From a virus (taxonomy: Duplodnaviria > Caudoviricetes), in IMG/VR virus record IMGVR_UViG_3300026549_000034, positions 32,001 to 96,000 of that record: a DNA stretch of 64,000 bases, one strand, 5' to 3'. The position numbers and the translations under genes are program-made. Positions 10,448-20,470 of the stretch are shown here, piece by piece (position 1 is the first letter of the stretch; each line of letters starts with the position of its first letter). The notes under the pieces were generated by a model. That model was not told where the DNA came from. It worked only from the letters and a program-made list of their open reading frames with translations, and did no database searches.

Positions 10448-10612
10448 ATTTTTTAAGATACCATGTAATATAGAATTTATTCATTCTCCTATATTCCGAT
10501 GAATTCTGTGTGCATGATATGTTAAAAAATAATAAAATATATATTTATAATATTTTAGTTTAGTAGGGTGTAGATATGACATTTTTTTCAGTTCTACATT
10601 TTCTAAAATATT
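10448..10612 (+). ncRNA. candidate structured RNA (two long imperfect hairpins)
   Basis: Stems 10448-10477/10501-10530 and 10549-10579/10588-10612 pair with several G-U wobbles on the + strand, in an ORF-free 280-bp gap. Confidence 0.35.
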
Positions 10613-10710
10613 TTGAATATATTTAAATTTTGTTAATATTAAAATCTATATTGTATATATAAAACTGAAAGTAGTAAATTAGTAATATTAATTTTTAAAA
10701 AATTTTAATT

Positions 10711-11124
10711 ATGAAGTTTGAATATTATAATCCTAATGTGGATGCAAAAACATTTAAGTCAGGAAAGCCAAAGTTTTGGAATCGAAATGATAGTTCTGTA
10801 AGAGCAATTTGTAAAGCAATTGACAAAGATTGGATCACAGTTTATGATGAGTTATGCAATATTGGTCATAGTTATAATGATATGCCAAGTTCTAAACAAG
10901 TTGTAACAAATATGTTGTCTAATTATGGATATGAGTTAGTAACACTTGGAAAGCCAGTACAAGGTCAAAAACGCCCTACTATTGAAGAATTTGCTCAAGA
11001 ACATAATGAAGGAACTTATGTTTTATATCTTAGGGATTATTATATTACTATGATAGACGGCGTCCTTTATAATACTGAGAATTTTGCCGAAGAAAAAGTA
11101 TATTCATATTGGTATGTTAAATAG
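10711..11124 (+). CDS. NPN-family paralog of 1811..2434 lacking the putative catalytic Cys/His
   Basis: YYNPN...NDSSVRAI (vs GDCTIRA), RDYYIT (vs RGHLVT). Confidence 0.6.
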   Translation: MKFEYYNPNVDAKTFKSGKPKFWNRNDSSVRAICKAIDKDWITVYDELCNIGHSYNDMPSSKQVVTNMLSNYGYELVTLGKPVQGQKRPTIEEFAQEHNEGTYVLYLRDYYITMIDGVLYNTENFAEEKVYSYWYVK

Positions 11125-11202
11125 AATTTCTTAGAAATTTATTAAAACCATATTTTATATTTATCTATTTTTTATATATAAAGATATGTATATGAATATA
11201 TA

Positions 11203-11748
11203 ATGATAGATAAATATCAGACATTAGTCATTAATTTAATTGGTGGTCCATGTTCAGGTAAATCAACAATTGCTGCGGAATTATTTGCTCGTCTAAAGAA
11301 GATGGGTATTCATTGTGAGCTAGTTTCAGAATATATTAAAGAAAGAATATATGAAGAAAATAAAACAATGCCCGTTAATCAAATTGCAATATTTGGTATG
11401 GAGCATTATTCAGTATCAAATAAGATAGGAAAAGTTGATGTTATAGTTCATGATGGATCTTTTATAAACAATATTATCTATAAAAAGGAAGATAATCCTG
11501 AATTTGATGAACTAATTGTTTCTGAATATAAAAAATTCAATAATTTAGATTTCTTTGTTAAACGTGGAAATATTGAATTTGAAGATTATGGGCGTATACA
11601 TAACCTTAAACAGTCAAAAGAATTAGATAAAATAATTAAAGATACATATCAGAAATATGGATTAAATTTTATAGAAGTAGAAGCAAGAGATGCAGTTGAT
11701 AAAATGATACCTATTATTTTAAAAAATATTAATGAAAATAATAATTAA
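11203..11748 (+). CDS. P-loop ATPase/kinase (NadR/AAA_28-like)
   Basis: INLIGGPCSGKST, ELVSEY, GRIHNL. Confidence 0.8.
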   Translation: MIDKYQTLVINLIGGPCSGKSTIAAELFARLKKMGIHCELVSEYIKERIYEENKTMPVNQIAIFGMEHYSVSNKIGKVDVIVHDGSFINNIIYKKEDNPEFDELIVSEYKKFNNLDFFVKRGNIEFEDYGRIHNLKQSKELDKIIKDTYQKYGLNFIEVEARDAVDKMIPIILKNINENNN

Positions 11749-11772
11749 TTTAGAACAAATATAACTTATAAA

Positions 11773-12045
11773 TTAAAAAACTTCATTCTTTTTGCACCGT
11801 TTAATTATTTCATCATTATGATCTTCTATAAATGTAGATAATGCATAAATATCAATTTGCAATTTTTCAGACATGGTTTTCATCTCACCTTGGAAATAAT
11901 CTAATATATTAAGTATATTTTTGTTAAAATATTTAGTTAATAAAGTAAATCTATTAGTTTTATCTCTTTTATGGCTAACAGGTATAGTATATATGTCATC
12001 TTCCAACAACCAATCAGATAAATAAGTAATAATATTGTGCATCAT
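11773..12045 (-). CDS. hypothetical protein
   Basis: 90-aa ORF. Confidence 0.5.
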   Translation of the reverse strand: MMHNIITYLSDWLLEDDIYTIPVSHKRDKTNRFTLLTKYFNKNILNILDYFQGEMKTMSEKLQIDIYALSTFIEDHNDEIIKRCKKNEVF

Positions 12046-12146
12046 TATTTTGTTTTTATCTGGTAGATTGATATTTTTAATATTTAGTTTTTATATAATA
12101 GTATCTTTTAAATTTTTCATTTGTATTTTAGATTTTATTTTTTATT

Positions 12147-12677
12147 CTAATACCATTTTGGTGGATTTTTTTCTAAAGAAGAACCCTTAAACATATTTCT
12201 CATGTCTTTAACATTGCTTACATTCCAATTAGATATATCTCCCTTGAATTCTGAATATTCAAACATACAATACATAATTTCAACATTACTTACATCCCAA
12301 TTAGATATATCTCCATTGAATTTAGAATCATAAAACATATTTGTCATTATTTCAACATTGCTTACATCCCAATTTGATATATCTCCATTTTCTCCTGTAA
12401 ATTTAGAATTAAAAAACATATCATTCATATTTTTAACATTACTTACATTCCATTTAGATATATCTCCATTGAATGCCGAATATTCAAATATGTTTGACAT
12501 ATCATTTATTTCTGATGTATCTATATCATTCAAATCAGCATTCCATCCACGTTCTTTAATAAGTTTTTTTACTAATTCTTTTAATTCATCTCTTGTTTTG
12601 GGATGATAATTATATTGATGTACTTTAATATTCTTTATATTAAGCTTCTCAGATATATAGTTATTTAATTTCTTCAT
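12147..12677 (-). CDS. DUF285/BspA-type repeat protein with capsid-targeting leader
   Basis: MKKLNNYISEKLNIKNI; repeats FNGDISxWDVSNVxxMxxMF. Confidence 0.85.
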   Translation of the reverse strand: MKKLNNYISEKLNIKNIKVHQYNYHPKTRDELKELVKKLIKERGWNADLNDIDTSEINDMSNIFEYSAFNGDISKWNVSNVKNMNDMFFNSKFTGENGDISNWDVSNVEIMTNMFYDSKFNGDISNWDVSNVEIMYCMFEYSEFKGDISNWNVSNVKDMRNMFKGSSLEKNPPKWY

Positions 12678-12680
12678 ATA

Positions 12681-12902
12681 TTAATTATTTGATTTTTTAA
12701 TTCCAATATGCCATTTTCCACATACTTTACATATATAAGGTACATATTTATACATCTTATGTTTTTTTATATAAAGTTTAGCTTCATCAGCGGTTTTAAA
12801 TTTTTTCTTTGGTTTCCATTCGCCATTTTTACGAGCGTAATGTTCACGTTTAATAATATGTTTGTTACAATCAGATCTAGTCGTTTGTCGTTGCTTATTC
12901 AA
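12681..12902 (-). CDS. small basic Zn-binding protein
   Basis: YICKVCGKWHIG. Confidence 0.65.
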   Translation of the reverse strand: MNKQRQTTRSDCNKHIIKREHYARKNGEWKPKKKFKTADEAKLYIKKHKMYKYVPYICKVCGKWHIGIKKSNN

Positions 12903-12916
12903 AATTACTTAAATAA

Positions 12917-13369
12917 TTATTTTTTGTTATATACTGGTTTAAAAATTCTATATGTTTCTAAATCATCAGATAAATATGCATATCGAAATGCTGGTAGACG
13001 TCTTTTAAAATTATAATTTTTTATATTAACGTTAGCATATTGTAAAAAATATCCTCCAGATCCCTGCTTTATACAATAGTTACTCTTAAAATGATCTAAA
13101 TGTTTAGCTTTATATCGTATACAATTTACAAAAAAATTTTCTTCTGCATTATTTGTTGTTATATCATCAAATTGTAAATCATTTACATTAATATTATTAT
13201 TTTGTAGACAAATATTTTCTAGTGCAAAAAGATCATCACTATCTATATTATCATTTATAAGATCTTGCATTAGATTACAAAATTCTTTACATGTGAAATT
13301 TTTCTTTTGTGGTATATTTATTTTATGTATATTTAGTTTTTCATATAAACATGTTTTAAGATTTTTCAT
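12917..13369 (-). CDS. capsid-targeting-leader protein
   Basis: MKNLKTCLYEKLNIHKI. Confidence 0.65.
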   Translation of the reverse strand: MKNLKTCLYEKLNIHKINIPQKKNFTCKEFCNLMQDLINDNIDSDDLFALENICLQNNNINVNDLQFDDITTNNAEENFFVNCIRYKAKHLDHFKSNYCIKQGSGGYFLQYANVNIKNYNFKRRLPAFRYAYLSDDLETYRIFKPVYNKK

Positions 13370-13410
13370 AACAAAAAAATAAATTATATTAAAAATATAT
13401 CAATAAATTA

Positions 13411-13419
13411 CTATATTTA
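13411..13419 (+). promoter_or_regulatory. representative of recurrent CTATWTT(W)A motif (candidate early/middle promoter)
   Basis: Similar motif upstream of ORFs at about 1771, 5954, 9613, 10646, 11165, 16952, 17324, 19112, 23810, 26243, 47840, 52046, 52723 and 55937. Confidence 0.55.
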
Positions 13420-13442
13420 CTTATAATTAATAATATTATTTT

Positions 13443-15332
13443 ATGACCAATAAAGAAAAATTAGAGTTATATTATAAAGCTAAAGAAGCTTATTATAATG
13501 GTCAGGAAATTATGACTGACTTTGAGTTCGATAATCTTGAAAAGGAGCTTGGACTGGAGAACAAATCTGAAGTAGGATCACGGCATAATCCTTCCTATAC
13601 AATCAAACATCCATTTATTATGGGTTCTTTAGCAAAAGTTCAAATTCATAAAGATAAGGAAGGAAATATTGACTGGAAAAAATATAGAGGTCAAATATAT
13701 AATTATATTAACATGGAGCATTCATTTCATGTAATTATAACTCCTAAGTTTGATGGGTGCTCATTTGAATGCGAAATAGAGAATAATAAGATTCATACAA
13801 TTTCTTCAAGAGGTGATGGAACTTGGGGTAAGGATCTTATGAATCATCTTATTAATTTAATTCCATCAGAATATGTAAAACTAAATCATAATCATTATAT
13901 TTTACGTGGTGAGGTTCTTGTAAAGAAATCTATATTTGAAAAGAAATATGCAGAACAGTTTACTAATCCTCGTTCATTTGTATCAGGTGTACTTAATAGA
14001 GATTATTCTGGGCTTGATAAGAACTTCTTAGAAATGCTTAATGATCTTTCAATAGTTATTTATGACTATCGAGTAGACTATTATGGAACTTGGACAGATC
14101 ATGATTGGACAGAACTTCCTTATAATGATGTTCTTCCTCAGTTTTCAATGAATGATGTATCTATATATGAGCCAGAAGCAATACCTATCATATATAATGA
14201 ATTTTCAGAGTATAGAAAGAATTGTGAATATACTCTTGATGGTATTGTTATAAAGCCTATTGCAAAAAATAGAATCAATAATTTGACAGAACATCGTCCA
14301 AAGGATTGTGTTGCTATTAAGTTTATTCCAATGCTTGAAGAAACTGAAGTGTTGAACATTACATGGCAACTTGGTAAGACACATGAATATACCCCAATTA
14401 TTTGGGTAAAGCCAGTAGAAATGGATGGTAGAATGGTACAGAAATGTTCCGGTCATAATATTGGATATCTTAGACAAAAAGGAATTACAATTGGGGCAAA
14501 AATCATTATGAGTCTTGCTGGTGACATTATTCCGTTCATGTATAAGGTTACACAGGAAAATCCAAATGGTGAAATTCCTATGCCAACAGACCATGAATAC
14601 TATGAAGATGACATTCATTTGATGGCTATACTTTCTTATGAAGATAAATGTTATTATAAGTTTTTGAATTCCGTTACCTCACTTAACATTCCAACTATAG
14701 GCCCATCAGGTGCTAAGGAAATATTTAAGTATATGACTTCCATTGATTCTATGACACTGGAATTCTTCGGGGAGCAAGCAAAGGAAATACCATATAATAT
14801 ACTTTTCTGTTCACCAGAGGACATTCTATTTGCCTTAGGAGGAAAACTCGGTACAAATGCACAAAAGGCTTTTAAGAATATACTTGAAAATCTTACATTA
14901 AATGATATTATCAAGTCATGTAACTTCAAATTATGTGGAACTAAAGTAACAGATGCGGTTGTTGATTATCTTCTTACTGGTAATGAAAACTTTGAACATC
15001 TAGCATCTGAAGGCTATTCTTGGATATTCAATAACAATTCCCAACAGTATCAAGAAATGAATAAGATTCTTGAACATCTTGGAAAAACTATTGAAGATTT
15101 TAAGACGCAACATGAAAAGACAGTAAAAGCAATGTCAAATCAAATTCCAGTTATTCTTACAGGTGAACCAAATAATTATAGAACAAAAGGTGAATTCTTA
15201 GATTGCCATCCAGAATATAGAAATACAACATCTTGGAAAGAAGTACAAATTGTATTTACTAATTCATTGGATAGTAATACTGGAAAAATGAAGAAGGCAA
15301 GAGAAAAAGGTATAAAAATTGAATTATATTAA
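13443..15332 (+). CDS. ligA: NAD-dependent DNA ligase
   Basis: AYYNG..MTDFEFD (Ia), KFDG adenylation motif, SRGDG, RGE, DGIVIK, AIKF, GDIIP, C-terminal BRCT-like domain. Confidence 0.92.
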   Translation: MTNKEKLELYYKAKEAYYNGQEIMTDFEFDNLEKELGLENKSEVGSRHNPSYTIKHPFIMGSLAKVQIHKDKEGNIDWKKYRGQIYNYINMEHSFHVIITPKFDGCSFECEIENNKIHTISSRGDGTWGKDLMNHLINLIPSEYVKLNHNHYILRGEVLVKKSIFEKKYAEQFTNPRSFVSGVLNRDYSGLDKNFLEMLNDLSIVIYDYRVDYYGTWTDHDWTELPYNDVLPQFSMNDVSIYEPEAIPIIYNEFSEYRKNCEYTLDGIVIKPIAKNRINNLTEHRPKDCVAIKFIPMLEETEVLNITWQLGKTHEYTPIIWVKPVEMDGRMVQKCSGHNIGYLRQKGITIGAKIIMSLAGDIIPFMYKVTQENPNGEIPMPTDHEYYEDDIHLMAILSYEDKCYYKFLNSVTSLNIPTIGPSGAKEIFKYMTSIDSMTLEFFGEQAKEIPYNILFCSPEDILFALGGKLGTNAQKAFKNILENLTLNDIIKSCNFKLCGTKVTDAVVDYLLTGNENFEHLASEGYSWIFNNNSQQYQEMNKILEHLGKTIEDFKTQHEKTVKAMSNQIPVILTGEPNNYRTKGEFLDCHPEYRNTTSWKEVQIVFTNSLDSNTGKMKKAREKGIKIELY

Positions 15333-15336
15333 AAAA

Positions 15337-15717
15337 ATGAAAAATTTAGAAATAATAGGGGAAAATTATCCTAAGGTTGGAGAGATTTTTTATTGGGTGG
15401 ATGAAAATAATGATATTCATGAAGATACATGTCTAAGGATAGATGAAAAGGACAATCCTGATATTGATACAATGTATTTTATATATGTTTCTGCTAATGG
15501 TGGTGGAACATTTGTTACGGAAGATGATGTAATTGAGCCTTGGAAAATGGAAGTTGTGAAATTCAAACAGAAAAAGGCAAAAGAAAAAGCACAAAATATA
15601 GCAAAATATATTTCACAGGAAGAAGTTAGATGTGAATTATATAATAAGTTAAGAGAAAATTATTTTTCCGAAGATGACGCGGAACATATATTAAATATTT
15701 TAGCTGAATATGAGTGA
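15337..15717 (+). CDS. hypothetical protein
   Basis: Start re-called at ATG 15337. Confidence 0.65.
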   Translation: MKNLEIIGENYPKVGEIFYWVDENNDIHEDTCLRIDEKDNPDIDTMYFIYVSANGGGTFVTEDDVIEPWKMEVVKFKQKKAKEKAQNIAKYISQEEVRCELYNKLRENYFSEDDAEHILNILAEYE

Positions 15718-15994
15718 AATAAGAGTCAATATAGATTTTAATTATTATCCTGCAGCCAATGAAGAATGTAAAAGGGTATTAAATGCTTTAGGATATACTG
15801 ATTTCTATATTCAACATTATACAGGATCTCATCATGCTGACATATATTTCTTTGGAACTGATGAAGATAAATTTAAAGAAGAACTTTTAGAAAATACCGT
15901 AATAGGCAAATATAGAAAATTTTATTTTTCTAAATATTATAAAATTTTTGATAAAGAAAAACTATATTATAATGTACAATATATTAAAAAATAA
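15710..15994 (+). CDS. hypothetical protein
   Basis: 94 aa, overlapping start/stop. Confidence 0.6.
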   Translation: MSEIRVNIDFNYYPAANEECKRVLNALGYTDFYIQHYTGSHHADIYFFGTDEDKFKEELLENTVIGKYRKFYFSKYYKIFDKEKLYYNVQYIKK

Positions 15995-15997
15995 CAT

Positions 15998-16510
15998 ATG
16001 AAAATTACAAGAGCAATTAACACAGAACAAGATATTAGATATCTTCGTGCAACAATGGGTGTTCGTTACTGGGTAGATTGCGACTACTCAGATGACAATG
16101 GTAAAACTTGGCATGGTGATTTTAATGATACTGGTGAGGAATCTGAACGTATTATGAACTTAACTCCTTGTGTAGTTAGAAAAGATATTGGATATGATGA
16201 AAGTGATTATTTAGAACTTTTAATTGATCTTAATGAAGGAAAAGTACTTAATTGGCCAGATGGATTTTGTCTTAAGACTAATTATAAAGTATGTGATGAC
16301 GGCGAATATGTTTTCCTTGATGAAAATATGAATGAAGTTGTCAATATTACCAAAGAATATAAACAATATTATGTTCCTGATTTTTTAAGTTTAGAAGATG
16401 ATGGATATGGTGATTATGTATATTTGAATATTAATGGTGATGGTACTATTGATAATGCAGATATTATGAGGAAACGTATTGAAAGATTTTTTGCTAATAT
16501 TAATGATTAA
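15998..16510 (+). CDS. hypothetical phage protein
   Basis: VRYW..YKVCDDG..YVPDFL..GYGDY. Confidence 0.7.
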   Translation: MKITRAINTEQDIRYLRATMGVRYWVDCDYSDDNGKTWHGDFNDTGEESERIMNLTPCVVRKDIGYDESDYLELLIDLNEGKVLNWPDGFCLKTNYKVCDDGEYVFLDENMNEVVNITKEYKQYYVPDFLSLEDDGYGDYVYLNINGDGTIDNADIMRKRIERFFANIND

Positions 16511-16513
16511 GCT

Positions 16514-16888
16514 ATGAAAGATTCATTTGTAATAGAATGTCGTTATGAAATTTGGACTAGTACTGGTAAAGGCTGGAGTAATTGGTTTATTTTAAAAAGT
16601 GATCAAATGTCAAAAGATGAAGCAAATGATTATATAACAGAAACAAGAAATGCATTTGACTTTATAGATAAAAAAACAAAACTAAAGCATGAATATAGAC
16701 TTAAGTCTTATAACGAATATGCAAATGAAATGAATGATCTTTTAGCAGAAATTGAAGAATCTTCCAAAAAGCAAGCAGCATATTATAAATCTGCAGAATA
16801 TAAAGAACTTCAATGTAAGAAAAGACAATATACTAAAGAACTAAAAGAACGCCAGAAAAAATACAGGGAAGAACATGAAAAAAATTAA
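16514..16888 (+). CDS. hypothetical protein
   Basis: 124 aa, C-terminal coiled coil. Confidence 0.65.
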   Translation: MKDSFVIECRYEIWTSTGKGWSNWFILKSDQMSKDEANDYITETRNAFDFIDKKTKLKHEYRLKSYNEYANEMNDLLAEIEESSKKQAAYYKSAEYKELQCKKRQYTKELKERQKKYREEHEKN

Positions 16889-16989
16889 GTTTAATATATA
16901 TTTCTAATGAATTATTTTTAAAAAATAGTTTAAATATGTGAAATTTTTTTACTATTTTTAATAAATAAATATATTTTTAACTTACTAAA

Positions 16990-17238
16990 ATGAGGGAAAC
17001 ATTGTATAAGATAGTTGTTGCTATTCTATCATTAGTAATTGGTTATTACACAATTACTTCAGAAGGATCTTTTGCTGGATCATGGGTATTTGTAGTATTA
17101 ACACCAGCAATTATGTTTGGTTTGGCTGAATTAGTATGGACTAAGTTACTTGCATATCATACAAGATATCAAGTATGGATTCCTGTAGGTGGAATTGTTG
17201 CAGCATTGGTAGGTGGTGTTCTTGCAGTTTTATTCTAA
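16990..17238 (+). CDS. small three-TM membrane protein
   Basis: Three hydrophobic stretches; has its own promoter-like motif and terminator. Confidence 0.7.
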   Translation: MRETLYKIVVAILSLVIGYYTITSEGSFAGSWVFVVLTPAIMFGLAELVWTKLLAYHTRYQVWIPVGGIVAALVGGVLAVLF

Positions 17239-17264
17239 TTGTAATAACATACATATTTATATAT

Positions 17265-17304
17265 AAAGAGTTAGTTCAAATGATTTATTTGAATTGACTC
17301 TTTT
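17265..17304 (+). terminator. intrinsic terminator
   Basis: AAAGAGTTAGTTCAAA...TTTGAATTGACTCTTTT hairpin. Confidence 0.7.
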
Positions 17305-17358
17305 AATTTTTTAAATATTTATACTATTTTAAAAAATCAATTGTTATTAAAAAATATT

Positions 17359-17892
17359 ATGGGAGAAGAATATCTACAATCATCTTATACTGGGAATATT
17401 TATAAAGTAATGGATAAATATTTACTGCAAATGTCGCCTTGGAAAGACGGTGATGATAGACGTGTATATGAATATGATAATGATGATATGCATGTTATAA
17501 CATATCAAAATGCTTGTATGATTGTGAATAAGCAGTTTGCAGAAACAGATGAAGAATGGGAGCACAATGGAAAGAGATATAAAGCAAGAGCAATCACAAG
17601 TAAAGATATTAATGAATATGCTGCTTTATTGTCAATGTTGCCTTCTCATTATATTAAAGACAATACAAAAATACTTAAGCGTTTACAAGACAATAACGCA
17701 ATATCATTTACTGATAATAATGGTAATGAATTTAAGATGATAAAACATAAAGGTAAAATCTATTATATATTACTTATTGAAAAATACTATCCTAAAGTGC
17801 CTTTGCATGATATGTTTTTTAATTTTTGTCAATGGGTAAATATAAAAAATGTAAAGCCTATATATAATGAAACTGATAAAAAATATATATAA
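17359..17892 (+). CDS. hypothetical protein
   Basis: ATG at 17359 preferred to TTG at 17341. Confidence 0.65.
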   Translation: MGEEYLQSSYTGNIYKVMDKYLLQMSPWKDGDDRRVYEYDNDDMHVITYQNACMIVNKQFAETDEEWEHNGKRYKARAITSKDINEYAALLSMLPSHYIKDNTKILKRLQDNNAISFTDNNGNEFKMIKHKGKIYYILLIEKYYPKVPLHDMFFNFCQWVNIKNVKPIYNETDKKYI

Positions 17893-17907
17893 AAATATTT
17901 AAATACT

Positions 17908-18471
17908 ATGAAGATATATTTTGATACGGAATTTACAGGATTACATAAAGATACTACATTAATTAGTATTGGATTAGTAGATGAAAATGGGCGAACTTGT
18001 TATGCTGAATTTTCTGATTATGACGAATCTCAATGTGATAAATGGATTCGTGAGAATGTAATTAAGCATCTAAAATGGTCTATTGAAGGTCCTCTTGAAG
18101 ATTTTTCAAATATATATGGTTATAATTGGGAAGCCTTTGGATCAAAAGAATATATAAAAATATTATTAGCAGATTGGCTTTCACAGTATGAAGAAGTTGA
18201 ACTTGTTTCTGATTGCTGTCATTATGATATGGTTCTTTTCATAGATATATTTGGTAATGCATTTGATATTCCAAAAAACGTAAATCCAGTTTGCTATGAT
18301 ATTAATCAAGATATTGCAAAATATTTTAAAACATCTGAAAGAGAAGCATTTGATATGTCACGTGAACAAATTTTAGATCATTATGACATTAAAATAAATG
18401 GCAATAAACACAATTCATTATATGACGCAAAAGTAATTAAAGAAATATATAATTTAATTAACTATGAATGA
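17908..18471 (+). CDS. DEDDh 3'-5' exo(ribo)nuclease, Rv2179c-like
   Basis: FDTEFTGL..LISIGLV..YD..HNSLYDA. Confidence 0.85.
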   Translation: MKIYFDTEFTGLHKDTTLISIGLVDENGRTCYAEFSDYDESQCDKWIRENVIKHLKWSIEGPLEDFSNIYGYNWEAFGSKEYIKILLADWLSQYEEVELVSDCCHYDMVLFIDIFGNAFDIPKNVNPVCYDINQDIAKYFKTSEREAFDMSREQILDHYDIKINGNKHNSLYDAKVIKEIYNLINYE

Positions 18472-19048
18472 TTCTTTACATATAAGAAGTATATTAGCAG
18501 GATTATGTATAGCACTTGGTAGCGCTATATTTTGTAAACTTGGCGGTGTAATTGGTGCCGTTATGTTTGCTTTTGGATTACTTGCCGTAGTTCATTATAA
18601 GTTACCATTATATACTGGCATGGCTGGTTTTTTTGATTATAAAAGTGAAAACGAATGGCTTTCATTAGTAATTACATTAATTGGCAATATAATTGGTGCT
18701 TCTATAATTATTTTCTTTAATATACCAGATATTAATGAAACTGCAACAAATATTATTCAATCTAGATTAGTTGATGGATATATTAATTGTTTTGTAAAAT
18801 CAATAGGCTGTGGTATTATTATGACATTAATTGTACAAGGTGGCAGAGACAATAATCTTCTTTTGATATTATTTGGCATTCCATTATTTATATTGTTAGG
18901 TTTTTATCATAGTATCGCAGATTTCGCTTATTTGGCTTTAAGTGTTGATAGTGAAGCAAAAATTGCATATTCTATAAACTGGTTCATAATTGTATTAGGA
19001 AATTTTGTTGGCTGTAATATTCCAAGATTATTGCACTATAAATGTTAA
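18464..19048 (+). CDS. formate/nitrite transporter (FNT) family channel
   Basis: LAGLCIALG, LYTG, GNIIG, GFYHSIAD, LGNFVG. Confidence 0.85.
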   Translation: MNDSLHIRSILAGLCIALGSAIFCKLGGVIGAVMFAFGLLAVVHYKLPLYTGMAGFFDYKSENEWLSLVITLIGNIIGASIIIFFNIPDINETATNIIQSRLVDGYINCFVKSIGCGIIMTLIVQGGRDNNLLLILFGIPLFILLGFYHSIADFAYLALSVDSEAKIAYSINWFIIVLGNFVGCNIPRLLHYKC

Positions 19049-19154
19049 ATTTATTGTATTTTTTTAACAATAAAAATTTCTATATATTATTAAATTTCTA
19101 AATAATTATTTCTATATTAATTAAAAATTAAATAATATATTAAAAATAAAAGAT

Positions 19155-19481
19155 ATGACATTTACATTTGATCCTAATAGCATGGTAGTAACAGCGTTTT
19201 ATTCATATCCTACCTGTGTAGTAGATAGAATAGCTGAATATAGTGAAGATTTGTTTGACAAACCACGTGGTGATAATAATATTAAAGAATTTTTTGAAGA
19301 TTGCCTGAAATATACGGAAGAAAAACTGGCAAAGAATCATCTTATGGATAATAAAATTGCAATGAAAGTTGTAATTCCTGAGACTGGACAATTCTTTTAT
19401 ATTGGCTATAAGGATAACATCTATACTATTGGTCTTACACTTAATCCTTATATGACAGGTACAAAAAAGATAGTTGTATAA
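19155..19481 (+). CDS. hypothetical protein
   Basis: 108 aa; CTATATTA motif at 19112. Confidence 0.65.
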   Translation: MTFTFDPNSMVVTAFYSYPTCVVDRIAEYSEDLFDKPRGDNNIKEFFEDCLKYTEEKLAKNHLMDNKIAMKVVIPETGQFFYIGYKDNIYTIGLTLNPYMTGTKKIVV

Positions 19482-19510
19482 ATTAATAAATCACATAAAT
19501 TAGTGAAGTT

Positions 19511-20470
19511 ATGGTGATGTTTCCTAATCCTATTTTTGAATTACATTTTCTAATGGGTTTGCCTGCTTCTGGTAAGTCTTATTGGGCAAGACAAAACTTC
19601 AATGAAAATACCACATGTAATCATACTGGTGATTTCATTGTTGATCTTGACAAGTATTTGCACTATGAGAATGGAAAACTAACTACACCTGTGATTTATA
19701 GTGCTCTCAATAATTCTGATATGAAGCATTATGTTGGTGGTGAATTACAAAATACAAGAGAAATCATAAAGATATGTATTGATGGTCTCATTACAACCAT
19801 GAATGATTTGGATAAGGTGATTGGTGATACACTTAACTATATTCATAATAGATATAAGGGATGTGACTATCAAGTTAAGATTTATATTCATCAATGGAAT
19901 GAAGATAGAGAGACTTGCTTGCATAATGATAGGATGCGAATGGAGAGCAGTGAACGAAATGAAAGTTCAGAAACAACAATTCGCAACCGCCCTTATGAAT
20001 ATATTCAAAAGGAACAGTTAGTAAATCACATAGAAGATAATCATGTAGTATCAATTAAATTTGAAAATCATGTTGTAAAATATATTGATACATATGATAC
20101 ATTATTCATCCCGCTTATTGGATATGATAAGACTGATTATCGCAACAGTACACCTAAGAAGACACGGTATATGTATTCTGAATCTTGGTCTGCTGGTGGA
20201 TCATGGGGTGATTGCTGGGGTAATGAAGGAACAATTTCTCCCGACAGCCCTTCAGATTTTCATGAATTTGATGATCTTCTTATGAAGATATGCCCAGATA
20301 TATCATTTATGAATTATAAGAAGTTATTGAATGAATGTACTGAAACAGAAGAATATAGTGAATCTGATTATTATGGGGGATGTGAATATCGGCAGAGATG
20401 GAAGTGTGATATGAAGAGACTATATGAATTATTGAATGAAATGAATTTACTTCCAAATGAAGATAAATAA
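19511..20470 (+). CDS. P-loop kinase (PNK-like) fused to an unknown C-terminal domain
   Basis: LMGLPASGKSYWA; CLHNDRMR lid; C-terminal GGSWGDCWG..DYYGG. Confidence 0.65.
   Translation: MVMFPNPIFELHFLMGLPASGKSYWARQNFNENTTCNHTGDFIVDLDKYLHYENGKLTTPVIYSALNNSDMKHYVGGELQNTREIIKICIDGLITTMNDLDKVIGDTLNYIHNRYKGCDYQVKIYIHQWNEDRETCLHNDRMRMESSERNESSETTIRNRPYEYIQKEQLVNHIEDNHVVSIKFENHVVKYIDTYDTLFIPLIGYDKTDYRNSTPKKTRYMYSESWSAGGSWGDCWGNEGTISPDSPSDFHEFDDLLMKICPDISFMNYKKLLNECTETEEYSESDYYGGCEYRQRWKCDMKRLYELLNEMNLLPNEDK

Noticed and set aside
12180-12480. Nucleotide repeats (ACATTACTTACATCCCAATT...)
   Set aside because: Explained by the DUF285 protein repeats.
15337-15363. MKNLEIIGE as another capsid-targeting leader
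   Set aside because: Weak match lacking the aromatic position, located in the ligase operon; likely chance.
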